Below are positions 43,902-57,206 of a DNA stretch of 64,000 bases, piece after piece; positions within the stretch are counted from its first letter, which is position 1, and each line of letters starts with the position of its first letter. The stretch lies in assembly GCA_964016885.1 (NCBI GenBank), contig OZ024741.1:196230001-196294000 (forward strand), in the 5' to 3' direction. A program made the translations under genes and the position numbers. The notes beneath the pieces were generated by a model. The model saw only the letters and a program-made list of their open reading frames with translations, was not told the origin of the DNA and did no database searches. The stretch is from Eledone cirrhosa. Taxonomy: Eukaryota.

Positions 43902-45900
43902 TCAAAATATAACAAAGGAATATAACAGATAAAATCCATGGGGCTGAAAATCAGAGACAAGAGGACACCGACCATTTAGCAGCTTCTACCTCAGTCAGTA
44001 GCCCTCGAGTGTTGATTATTAAGTCTACTTATGACCATCTGGTGAGGGGGCGTAAGCTTATAATGTGCTACTACCTCCCCATCAAAGAGAAATGTCAGTG
44101 TTGAGGTCATGCCACAATCAGGCTGACTATGCGTGCTAGAAATTGCCGCGAAAAATGTTTTTTCCAAAGAACATATATCTTTAACAAAGGCATATATAGT
44201 GGGCGTCTGTATGGTATAACGTGTGGACAGAAATTTCGGTTAGCAATTAGAAACGTTAAACTTAAGTTTAGAGTTATAGGATGAAATTAGGAAAACAAGG
44301 TTTAAGGTTTGGGTTGTGAGATTTAGTTAAAGAATTTACAGAAAGAGTCTTTTATGAAAACGTTTAAGTGTATTATAGATAGTCTCGATAAGTTTTCAGA
44401 GTAGGATATAGAGTAAAGATTAAGCCCTTGTTTAGCTGTCAATAACCAACGACGACTGCAGATCCCGGCCAGCCCTCCCTAACCACGTATCAGTCGTTCC
44501 GAGTAATATCATCTAGCAAAAGAAATGGAAATTAATTTATCCAAGCACTCCAGGAATGTAACTGTCTTAGGCGCCAGGTGTGCTAGCGGGAAGTCCGCCA
44601 TCGTCGTCAAGCCATCGTCTATACCAAACAAATACTATTAATTCACACAGGAGGGGGGATTTAGTTACATGCCAGTAGAGGGAGGCATGATACAGCTAAT
44701 AGTTATGATTAAGCCTAGAATTTAAAGGTACTATTTGGCGGTCAAAGCCAGCGGCGCTGCGGGTTCCAAGTTTGACTGGGCCCCGGGGCGAAGCAGCCGT
44801 TCCGAGTAATTTTGTTTACCGAAAAAAGGGGAAATTTATTTTTCCAAGCACTCAAGGAAGGCTTATCCACCCGAGCACCTGGCGCGCAGTCGGGAAAGCC
44901 GCCACATCCGTCGGATCATCGCGTGTTACCAAACGATTATTATATATTCACACCTGTGATATGAGGTTGAAGTGGTAAAACCCGATGAAATGTGCAAATA
45001 GACTATATTTAGTCCCCAGTTAGTCTGGGTTATAGGTAGTGTAGTTATTGGGTGGGTAGGGGGAGTGAATAAAGATAAACAGATATAAGGGTACAGAGAG
45101 TAATATTCTAGGGTCGTGTGCTAATGAGCACAATGATAAGTATATAATGAGAGTAAAGCGAGTAAATACCTAAATAGAAGGAATAATAAGCAAAAAACAC
45201 ATAAATAAAAAGCAAAATACTAAAATAAAAATACATAAATAAAACGCCGTCATAACTCGGGTGGTGATGGAGTAAAACGGAAGTATATAAGAACATATCG
45301 GAGAAATCAAAACACAGGGGAAAGACAATATAGATCAACGTGCAGTTAGATAATACAAGGTTATACATATAGATATAGAGGATGGAAGAGATGGAATGGT
45401 ATCAGGTGATACCTGGTGTATGTTCGAGTCTCAGAATTCAATGTGAATCACAAAGGCCCTGAAGTATAGGATAGAGAATTCAGTCAATACAAGTTATAGT
45501 ATAATACGTAGAATTTTGTCAGAGTCTGAATATTCCCGACAGGGAAGCAGCAATGGACCAGGTGGGCGGTAGACAAAGCACAGAACAGCCAAAATATGAA
45601 TGGTGTGTAGATTAGATAGTCCCATGCTGGCGATAGCTGTACACTGGAGTCAATGCCGCTGTTCATTATTACATCTGAAAGCGCTCGACATTTCTGGAGC
45701 ATTATTTATTTAGGTTTGTTGGTTCACCACTGGATAGAACTGGTCATTCCGTATGGTCAATCTCGGTGTAATATTATGGAGAGCACTCAACGTAATGCAA
45801 CTCACCTGTCTTCGTTTGTGTAGTTGGTGGTGCAAGCACGGAGTTAATTATTATAAAATAACAGGAGGCTGGACTGGTGTAAATCCTTGAAAGGTTTATT

Positions 45901-45958
45901 ATACTATGATCATTTCAATGACCGGGTTCAGTATGAATCCAGTGATATCATCAGGTAT
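45901..45958 (-). ncRNA. Type I hammerhead ribozyme (repeat 2)
   Basis: Same as 43844-43901 except one C-to-U change in stem II that keeps a G-U pair. Confidence 0.82.
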
Positions 45959-46349
45959 TCAAAATATAACAAAGGAATATAACAGATAAAATCCATGGGG
46001 CTGAAAATCAGAGACAAGAGGATGACCGACTATTTAGCAGCTTCTACCTCAGTCAGTCATCCTCGAGTGTTGATTATTAAGTCTACTTATGACCATCTGG
46101 TGAGGGGGCGTAAGCTTATAATGTGCTACTACCTCCCCATCAAAGAGAAATGTCAGTGTTGAGGTCATGCCACAATCAGGCTGACTATGCGTGCCAGAAA
46201 TTGCCGCGAAAAATGTTTTTTCCAAAGAACATATATCTTTAACAAAGGCATATATAGTGGGCGTCTGTATGGTATAAATGTGTGGACAGAAATTTTGGTT
46301 AGCAATTAGAAACGTTAAACTTAAGTTTAGAGTTATAGGATGAAATTAG

Positions 46350-46703
46350 CGGCGCAGAGGCACCTCTCCATCTCACCTCTTGCACGCAGCACACATCCAC
46401 ATGCCTTCTCTCCAGCATCTCCGCTATTTCAGCAGATCTATCTGTGACCTGTGAGAGTGCCAACATTAAGTGTTGCAACTCTGAGATGCGACGTCTTCAT
46501 ATTTTGTTGTTCCTATATACTTGTTGCTGTGCTTATAATCGTTTTGGCATTGATACACTGTTTGGATGTCCTTCCTAACACCAACATCACTTTACAGCAT
46601 GGACTGGGTGCTTTTATTTGTGCCACCAGCACTAGAGAGGATGTCTTACTGGACTCATGGGCCCTCTCTACCCCTCCATTTTACACCATGGTCATAAAAA
46701 AAG
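46350..46703 (-). mobile_element. RTE LINE 5' end fragment
   Basis: LRVATLNVGTLTG, EIAEMLERRHVDVCCVQEVRWRGASA; matches 41355-41620. Confidence 0.8.
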
Positions 46704-47271
46704 CACTTATTGACACTCATGGCACACACACACACACTCACACAGCAACACTCATGCATACAAACACACACGCCACTCACACACCAACACTTATGCATAC
46801 AAACACACACACCACTCTCACACACTACCGTCAGTACTGATACAAAATCAAAATCATGTCAACTTTTCCAGTTCAGTTTTTATATAATAATAATAATTGT
46901 TTGCTTTACAGCAAAAATAAAAACAAGGCAGAAGCAATGCGCTGGGACAGTGGCTGCCTTGTGCCAAGAACAGAATAGTTATTTAGTATTCAGTAATCTA
47001 CTGGGTAATTTCTGGCCTTGTGCCAAAAGTAGAAACAATTATTATAGTTGTTTTTAAGGCCTGATCACTGGTGGTGGTGGTGGTGGTGGATAGTGTCAGT
47101 GATGATGGTGGGCGCTGTTGTTGTTGTCGTTGTTGCTGCCGTTGTTGTTGTTCATTTCAATGATGCTGTTACTGCAGCAATGGTGCTGCTGCTCTTGTTG
47201 TTGTTGTTGCTGTTGTTGTAGATGCTGTTGTAGTTGTTGCTGTGTTGAAATCTGGTCGCATCGACTGAGAT

Positions 47272-49383
47272 ATCATCATCATCATCATCAACGTTTAACG
47301 TCCGTGTTCCACGCTTGCATGGGTTTGGACAGGGGTATTCCCACTTGAGGCAAGAGTGGTTGTCTTGCTCGCATAGGACTGTCTGGCGGGTTTTCTACAG
47401 TTGGATGCCCTTCCTAACACCAACCACATTTACAGTGTGGGACTGGGAGGTTTTTACCGTGTTACCTACACGGCCACATTACAGCGTGGACTGTGTGTTT
47501 TTTTGTCGTGACACCTACACGATCTCATTTGTTTCGGCCTGGATGTTGTGGCACCACCATAACTTTACATAGGAGGGGGTGGTGTGGATGGGGGTGTGGG
47601 TGGTGGGACGGGGGTGTATTTTGTTAGAGATGCCTACTGGCTGTAGTAGGTTTTACTATGTATTTAGGTAAGGCGGGTCTTCTCTATTACTGAGTACCGC
47701 CAAAGGTCTCGGTCCAGTGACATTGTCTTGGTGAGGTGTAAGTGTGTGAGGTCGGAGTTTATCAGCTCGTCCCAGGATTTTCTAGGTCTGCCTATTCCGT
47801 GGCTACCGTCTATCTTTATTGCCCTGCACTTTGTTATACAGCTATCGACTTTCATGCGCATCACGTGACCGTACCAACGTAGCCTTCTCTCGAGTAAACA
47901 ACATCTGATCCCTCTTATTTCTAATTTTTTCCTTAGTTCGTTTATGCTTTGCCGTTCACGTATATTACTATTACACATCCAGCGGAGCATGCAAGCTTCG
48001 TTCCTCTCTAGTCTGCGTATATCCTCTGCGCACAATGCCCAGGTCTCGCTGCCATGCAACATTGCTGTTCGTATGCAGGCATCATACAACCTGCCTTTCA
48101 TTTTTAGGGAGAACCCTTTAGCAGCTGATAGTGGTATAAGCTCTCTGAACTTTTTCCATCCAGTTCTGACTCTAGCTACTGTACTTTCGGAGTACCCTCC
48201 CCCACTGCTGATTTTGTCACCCAGGTAACGGAAGCTGTCCACTATTTCTATAGAGCCCTCTGCGCAATTGAAAGAGTTAGTATTTTGTGGGCACTCGCTG
48301 CTACTTATTGCACCAGAGCACCGCCCACATGTAAAATCTAAGTTCTTAGTTAGCTTATCTTTTATGCACCCATACTTTGCATTTGGGACATAAAATGGAG
48401 TTTCTACCTACGTCTTTCCTACACACTGAGCATGGCCATTTCCCAGAAGGGACCGCCGCCTTATTTTCTTTCCTACAAACTAGAACTTTAGTCTTAGCCA
48501 GGTTAATTTTAAGGCCTTTTGATTCTAGGCCGTGCTTCCATGTTTGGAATTTCTTCTCTAGCTCGGCCATTGATTCAGCTATGAGTGTCAGGTCGTCTGC
48601 GTATAGGAGTTCCCATGGGCAGCCGGTCTTGAACTCCTCTGTTATAGCCTGAAGGGCAATAATAAATAGTAGGGGGCTGAGAACAGAGCCCTGATGGACG
48701 CCAACTTTTACGCTAAACTCTTCACTATATTCGTTGTTAATTCTAACCTTGCTGACTGTTTCTTTATACATGGCTTGTATAGCTCTCACAAGCCATTCGT
48801 CGACACCTAGTTTTCTAAGGGCCCACCAGATAATGGAACGGGGGACTCTGTTGAAGGCTTTCTCCAAGTCGACAAAAGCTAAGTAGAGGGGTTTACCTTT
48901 AGCTAGGTACTTCTCCTGTAGTTGACGTACAATGAAAAGAGCGTCTGTGGTACTTTTGCCGGACACAAACCCGAACTGCATTTCATCTAGGTCAATTCTC
49001 TCTCTGATTAGTTGCGCTATTACTTTTTCCGTGACCTTCATGACCTGGTCGATTAGTTTAATGCCTCTATAGTTACTCCTATATAGGGCATCTCCTTTAC
49101 CCTTATAACAGTTAACGATGATGCTGCTATGCCAGTCCTTCGGAACAACCCCATTCTGTACGACTTGGTTAACTATCCGGGTGACCAAGGTGTGTCCCAC
49201 CGAGCCAGATGCCTTCAGCATCTCAGCAACTATTTCCGAAGGCCCAGCCGCCTTACCCGTCTTCATATCCTTGATTGCCTTACTTATTATACTACCCTCA
49301 ACTAACACTGCTGGTCCCTCTATTGGGTCGATGTGGGGGAGACTGTCTTTCTCCCATTTATTCTCCTCATTTAGTAGCCTTTC
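47272..49383 (-). mobile_element. 5'-truncated RTE LINE (RT, 3'UTR)
   Basis: ORFs 48355-49383 and 47664-48242 near-identical to 57710-59450; small deletion at ~48355. Confidence 0.93.
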
Positions 49384-49384
49384 A

Positions 49385-49447
<63 letters not shown>

Positions 49448-49585
49448 TTCAACAAAGGAGTTAAGTGTTTGTCAACAGATTAGACATCTTAGTGTAGATG
49501 TATATATATATATATATATATATACTCCAAACCCATGCAAGCGTGGAACACGGACGTTAAACGTTGATGATGATGATGATGATGA

Positions 49586-49614
49586 TATATATACGTATGC
49601 ATATATATATATAC

Positions 49615-49650
<36 letters not shown>

Positions 49651-49712
49651 TTATATATATATACATATATATATATATACATATATATATACATATATAT
49701 ATATGCATGCAC

Positions 49713-49743
<31 letters not shown>

Positions 49744-50214
49744 CATATATATATATATGCATATATATATATATATACATATATATGCATATATATATAT
49801 ATACAAATATATGCATATATATATATATATATGCATATATATATATATATACATATATATGCATATATATATATATATACATATATATGCATATATATAT
49901 ATATATACATATATATGCATATATATATATATATACATATATATGCATATATATATATATATACATATATATGCATATATATATATATATACATATATAT
50001 GCATATATATATATATATACATATATATGCATATATATATATATATATACATATATATGCATATATATATATATATATACATATATATGCATATATATAT
50101 ATATATATACATATATATGCATATATATATATATATATACATATATATGCATATATATATATATATATACATATATAATATATATATATATATATATATA
50201 CATATATATGCATA

Positions 50215-50298
<84 letters not shown>

Positions 50299-50582
50299 TA
50301 TGCATATATATGTATATATATATATATATTATATATGTATATATATATATATATATGCATATATATGTATATATATATATATATATGCATATATATGTAT
50401 ATATATATATATATATACATATATATGCATATATATATATATATATACATATATATGCATATATATATATATATATACATATATATGCATATATATATAT
50501 ATATATACATATATATGCATATATATATATATATATACATATATAATATATATATATATATATATATACATATATATGCATA

Positions 50583-50624
<42 letters not shown>

Positions 50625-50638
50625 CATATATATGCATA

Positions 50639-50678
<40 letters not shown>

Positions 50679-51061
50679 AACATATATATATATATATATA
50701 TACATATATATACATATATATATACATATATATACATATATATACATATATATATATACATATATATACATATATATATATACATATATATACATATATA
50801 TACATATATATATATACATATATATACATATATATATATACATATATATACATATATATATATACATATATATATATACATATATATACATATATATACA
50901 TACATATATACATATACATATATATACATATATATACATATATATATACATATATATATATATACATATATATACATATATATATATACATATATATACA
51001 TATATACATATATATACATATATATATACATATATATACATATATATACATATATATATAC

Positions 51062-51112
<51 letters not shown>

Positions 51113-51151
51113 CATATATATACATATATATATATATATACATATATATAC

Positions 51152-51250
<99 letters not shown>

Positions 51251-51285
51251 TATACATATATATACATATATATACATATATATAC

Positions 51286-51320
<35 letters not shown>

Positions 51321-51482
51321 CATATATATACATATATATATATATATACATATATATACATATATACATATATATACATATATATATATATATATACATA
51401 TATATACATATATATATACATATATATATATACATATATATATACATATATATATACACATATATATATACCTATATATATA
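49586..51482. repeat. (AT)n compound microsatellite with tgca/taca interruptions
   Basis: Direct inspection. Confidence 0.95.
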
Positions 51483-51513
51483 CATTTTTATTTCCAGGTA
51501 CCTTATAAACATG

Positions 51514-51965
51514 ACTTTCCGTATTTATTGCTGTTATGAGATATTGTTTGTTTTTGGGGGAATCATTTCTCTGTTTTTAGCCTAAGAAAATATCTATATG
51601 CGTGTGTAAATAATTACATGCATACATTTATTTTTTAAAATTAATTGAGTTCTTAACACGCAAAATTAATATTGGTTTTGAAATAACTAATTAACTCGCG
51701 TGTATTAAATATTTTACTCTTAATTTGGCCAGAGATTTACATTCCCAAATGCCTTTTAAAGCGTAACTTTCCGTATTTATTACAGTTATGAGATGTGATT
51801 GTTTTTAGGTATCATTTCTGTTTTTAGCCTAAGAAAATATCTATATGCGTGTGTAATTAATACACGCATACATTTATTTTTTTAAATTAATTGAGTTCTT
51901 AACACGCAGGATTAATAATGTTTTTGAAAAAACTAATTAACCCACGTGTATATTATTTTACTTTT
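51514..51965. repeat. ~252-bp diverged tandem duplication
   Basis: actttccgtatttatt..ttttagcctaagaaaatatctatatgcgtgtgtaa..ttaattgagttcttaacacgca twice. Confidence 0.8.
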
Positions 51966-52012
51966 CTCGTGAATCGTGAGTAAATGACAAGAAATTTCAG
52001 CAAATTTCAATA

Positions 52013-52331
52013 AGGCACATGGCTTAGTGGTTAGAGCATTGGCCTTGCAATCGAAAGGTTGTGAGTTCAATTCCCAGACTGGGTGATGTGTTGTTTCCTT
52101 GAGCAAGACACTTTATTTCACATTGCTCCAGTTTACTCAGCTGTAGAAATGAGATGATAGGGACTGAGGTCCCTAAAATTCCACTGCAAAGTGGTCGTGG
52201 AGGTGCCACGGCAAAAAAGCACCCAGCACTCACTGTAAATGAGGTTGGTGTTAGGAAGGGCATCCAACTGTAGAAATCGAGCCAGAATCAGTTCCCGTCC
52301 CACCCTTGCAAGCAGGGAAAAGCGGACGTAA
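52013..52331 (+). mobile_element. tRNA-derived SINE (same family as 41731)
   Basis: Same head, core and RTE tail. Confidence 0.85.
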
Positions 52332-52479
52332 GAATAAATAAAAAAAAAAATTGGGGAGGGTCATATTTGCGTAATATTGCCAGAATTAATAACTGTTTGG
52401 TTGGTTTTCGCTTCTCACTGTCTTTTATATCTGAGATCTAACTTACTCGGTCCTCAATGTTGCCATTGACTGACCGACG

Positions 52480-53330
52480 GTCAAAAATAATACAGATACA
52501 ATATAGACACAAACACATATATATAGTTTACATAATTTACATAAATCTTTCGTTGCACATCTGCAACATCGTCAGTGGTGTTATATTTTTTCCTCCTGTT
52601 GTGTTGTATGTCTACGCCATTTTTTATTCAGTCTGTCTATATATTTATTTATTTATTTGCTTGTTTGTTTATTTTATTTTGTCTTCTTTGCGCATGCGTT
52701 TGCGTGTGTGTATAGTGTTATGTGTGCTGTGTGACTAGTGTGTATAGTGTTGTGTCTGCTGGGTGACTAATGTATGTTTATGTGCTTGTTGTTATTGTGC
52801 TTGTGTATGTATTTATTTATCTTATTTATTTTATTTTATTTATTTACTTATTTATACTTCTCTTAGGTCAGTGTTGTTTGTTTGGGTGTTGTTGTTGTTC
52901 CACTCATTCTTTCTGTTTAGCTTTGGTCTTCTAATTTCTATTTCACTGGCCTATCTGATTTGCCTATCTGCTGGGTCATTCCTATGTTTAGATATTATTC
53001 TAATTTCTATGTTGTCTATGTTACCGTCATGTTGTTGTCTAGCTTGTTCGTATAGTACTGACCCGTTTTTTCGTTCTTTTAGTTCCCCCCAGTGTTGGTC
53101 TATCCTTTCACCTATGCTACGAGCTGTCTCACCTATGTATGTTGTTGTCATGTTTCTGCAAGTACCCTCTGTACATCTTATGCTATAGACTACGTTTCTA
53201 GTTTTACAGTTTATCCGGGGGTTCACCTTACATATGCTACATTTCCTATTGGTACAGTGGGTTCTCTTAAAAGGGTAGGTTTTGCTGATCAGGGATTTTA
53301 TGGTGGTTCCTGGCTTTTCTACCACCTTTA
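52480..53330 (-). mobile_element. Penelope-like element 3' fragment (GIY-YIG) with a partial hammerhead
   Basis: [50 protein letters not shown]; CTGACGA-tgttgcagatgtgcaac-GAAA at 52548-52575. Confidence 0.8.
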
Positions 53331-54305
53331 TGCATATATATATACATATATATATATACATACATATATACATACATATATATATACATACATATATATA
53401 TACATACATATATACATATATATATATACATATATATATATACATATATATATATACATATATATATATACATATATATATATACATATATATATACATA
53501 TATATATACATATATACATATATATACATATATATATACATATATATATACATACATACATATATATATATACATATATACATATATATATATACATATA
53601 TATATACATATATACATATATATATACATATATACATATATATATATACATATATACATATACATATATACATATACATATATACATATATACATATATA
53701 TACATATATACATATATATATATACATACATATATATATATACATATATACATATACATATATACATATATATATATACATATACATATATATATATACA
53801 TATATATATATACATATATATATACATACATATATACATACATATACATATATACATATATATATATACATATATATATACATACATATATACATACATA
53901 TATATACATATATACATATATATACATACATATATACATACATATATACATACATATATATACATATATACATATATATACATACATATATACATACATA
54001 TATATACATATATACATATATATACATACATATATACATACATATATATACATATATACATACATGTATATACATATATATATATACATATATACATACA
54101 TATATATACATATATATATATACATATATATACATATATATATACATATATATATATACATATATACATATATATATATACATATATATATATACATATA
54201 TACATACATATATATACATATATATATACATATATATATACATATACATACATATATATATATACATATATATATATATACATATATACATACATATATA
54301 TATAC

Positions 54306-54343
<38 letters not shown>

Positions 54344-54406
54344 ATACATATATATACATATATACATACATATATATATACATATATACATACATATATA
54401 TACATA

Positions 54407-54472
<66 letters not shown>

Positions 54473-54694
54473 CATATATATATATATACATATATATACA
54501 TATATATATATATACATATATACATACATACATATACATATACACATACATATATATACATATATATATATACATACATATATATACATATATATATACA
54601 TACATACATACATATATATACATATATATATACATACATACATACATATATATACATATATATATACATACATACATACATATATATACATATA
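53331..54694. repeat. (TA)n/(TACA)n microsatellite
   Basis: Direct inspection. Confidence 0.95.
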
Positions 54695-55303
54695 TGGTGG
54701 CTGCCAACTCGTTTTCGAGTACGGCCACTACTTTATATCCATGTAGGAGAACCCCTACCGATGCGCTGAACGAATGTGACTTTTTAGTCCAGCCAGCGAC
54801 TTGACAACTCTGGTACAAACACTACACCTGTGACAATTATTGACACATAGTGCTGGGCCCATGGTACCATGTGACGACAAGTGCAGAGAGATCTCCAGAT
54901 ATAAAGCAATGCCTGTGCCGTGAAGCTTTTATAGTGAGCAAAGGCACTGCACAAAGCCAGTCCCACTCTCTTAACCAAGATGATATTTACCAAAAAGAAG
55001 AACAAGTCAACATCATTGGATACCATCAGGGTTGCAGGTGTTATATCAGAGTTTTCCTTCTCCTAGAATTCTGCCTTGACAAAGGCTAAGGGGTCATCTC
55101 TCCCGGTTATTTTGGATGGCTATTGACTCTTAAGAGCTCCCTTGCCCTTTGACAGGTTTTGTTTTTAGTCCTGCAGGATGTCCAAAGCCACCCTCCTCAC
55201 CAAGAAACCTTGATGGGGTTGCCAGTTTAGTCGCCAACGACCCGACCATGAGACAGGTTGTACTGGGATACATGTTACCAGTAGCACCAACTGGTGACCT
55301 GAC
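54695..55303 (-). mobile_element. ~610-bp non-autonomous RTE-like element (5'UTR joined to 3' end), copy 1
   Basis: Three near-identical copies; 3' part retains [14 protein letters not shown] zinc-finger remnant; no RT. Confidence 0.7.
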
Positions 55304-55385
55304 ATATACATATATATATACATACATACATACATATATATACATATATATATACATACATACATACATATATATACATATATAT

Positions 55386-55416
<31 letters not shown>

Positions 55417-55626
55417 CATACATACATACATATATATACATATATATATACATACATACATATATATACATATATATATACATACATACATACATATATA
55501 TATATATACATACATACATACATATATATATATATACATACATACATACATATATATATACATACATACATATATATATACATACATACATACATATATA
55601 TATACATACATACATACATACATACA

Positions 55627-55662
<36 letters not shown>

Positions 55663-55781
55663 TACATACATACATACATATATATATACATACATACATA
55701 CATATATATATATATTTATATATATATACATACATATATATATATAGATACATATATATATATATATATACATATATATAC

Positions 55782-55844
<63 letters not shown>

Positions 55845-55854
55845 CATATATATA

Positions 55855-56923
55855 CTTACATACAGACTAGCTGAACACTCACAGTAAAGTGTCCAGTGAA
55901 AAACTCGGTACATCTACATATGTACACGTGTGTGTACTCATATGCATACTAGTATTTCAGTATACATATGTGGATGTACATTTTTAACTTAATTGTTTAA
56001 GCGTCAGTCATACAAAAGTGAGTTACAAACGAAACGACATTTAATTTCGTTTCGTTATTTGTTTTTATCGTCTCCGCTGAACCGGTACGTACTCACGCTC
56101 TATGCAAATTAGTCTGCCCACTACTAATTTTCATAGAAAAAGCATATAACGATATGTGCTTTTACGATTCTCTAGAAAGGCCGGAGGATAGGTAAATATT
56201 GCTGATGAGATGTAACAACATCGAAACTAGTGCAATATTCCTGTCTGGCTTTCTGAAGAATAGAGGAAAGGTGTTTCCTCGAAAACCAGTATGACTCTAA
56301 AAACCGGTTTGTCTGTGTGTTTACATACAGACTAGCTGAACACTCACAGTAAAGTGTCAAGTGAAAAACTCGGTACATCTACATATGTACACGTGTGTGT
56401 ATTCATATGCATACTAGTATTTCAGTATACATATGTGGATGTACATTTTTAACTTAATTGTTTAAGCGTCAGTCATACAAAAGTGAGTTACAAACGAAAC
56501 GAAATTTAATTTCGTTTCGTTATTTGTTTTTATCGTCTCCGCTGAACCGGTACGTACTCACGCTCTATGCAAATTAGTCTGCCCACTACTAATTTTCATA
56601 GAAAAAGCATATAACGATATGTGCTTTTACAATTCTCTAGAAAGGCCGGAGGATAGGTAAATATTGCTGATGAGATGTAACAACATCGAAACTAGTGCAA
56701 TATTCCTGTCTGGCTTTCTGGAGAATAGAGGAAAGGTGTTTCCTCGAAAACCAGTATGACTCTAAAAACCGGTTTGTCTGTGTGTTTACATACAGACTAG
56801 CTGAACACTCACAGTAAAGTGTCCAGTGAAAAACTCGGTACATCTACATATGTACACGTGTGTGTATTCATATGCATACTAGTATTTCAGTATACATATG
56901 TGGATGTACATTTTTAACTTAAT

Positions 56924-56924
<1 letters not shown>
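55855..56924. repeat. 465-bp tandem repeat, ~2.3 copies
   Basis: tacagactagctgaacactcac at 55861, 56326 and 56791. Confidence 0.92.
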
Positions 56925-56964
<40 letters not shown>

Positions 56965-56971
56965 ACATATA

Positions 56972-57026
<55 letters not shown>

Positions 57027-57150
57027 ATATATATACATACATATATATATACATACATATATATATATATACATACATATATATATACATACATATATAT
57101 ATACATACATATATATACACATACATATATATAGACATACATATATATAC

Positions 57151-57182
<32 letters not shown>

Positions 57183-57206
57183 ATACATACATATATATAC
57201 ACATAC

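Larger units (their letters stand above)
43788..46349 (-). mobile_element. Non-coding Penelope-like/retrozyme-like element with ~500-bp direct repeats
   Basis: 43788-44290 is nearly identical to 45845-46349; each has a hammerhead; no RT or EN ORF between; tgagtgc motif near 45785. Confidence 0.75.

Noticed and set aside
44477-44487. Minus-strand cgtggttaggg matches the start of a pistol ribozyme as I recall it
   Set aside because: No complementary ccacg to close P1, and not conserved in module B
44740-44797. HDV-like fold on the plus strand (ggtcaaa/tttgact, gctgc/gcagc, gcgaa)
   Set aside because: No valid P3/L3 between P2 and P1', and the P1 pairing is not clear in module A
47118-47348. 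Poly-Cys ORF resembling a metallothionein
   Set aside because: Arises from a (tgt/tgc)n trinucleotide repeat running into a LINE tail
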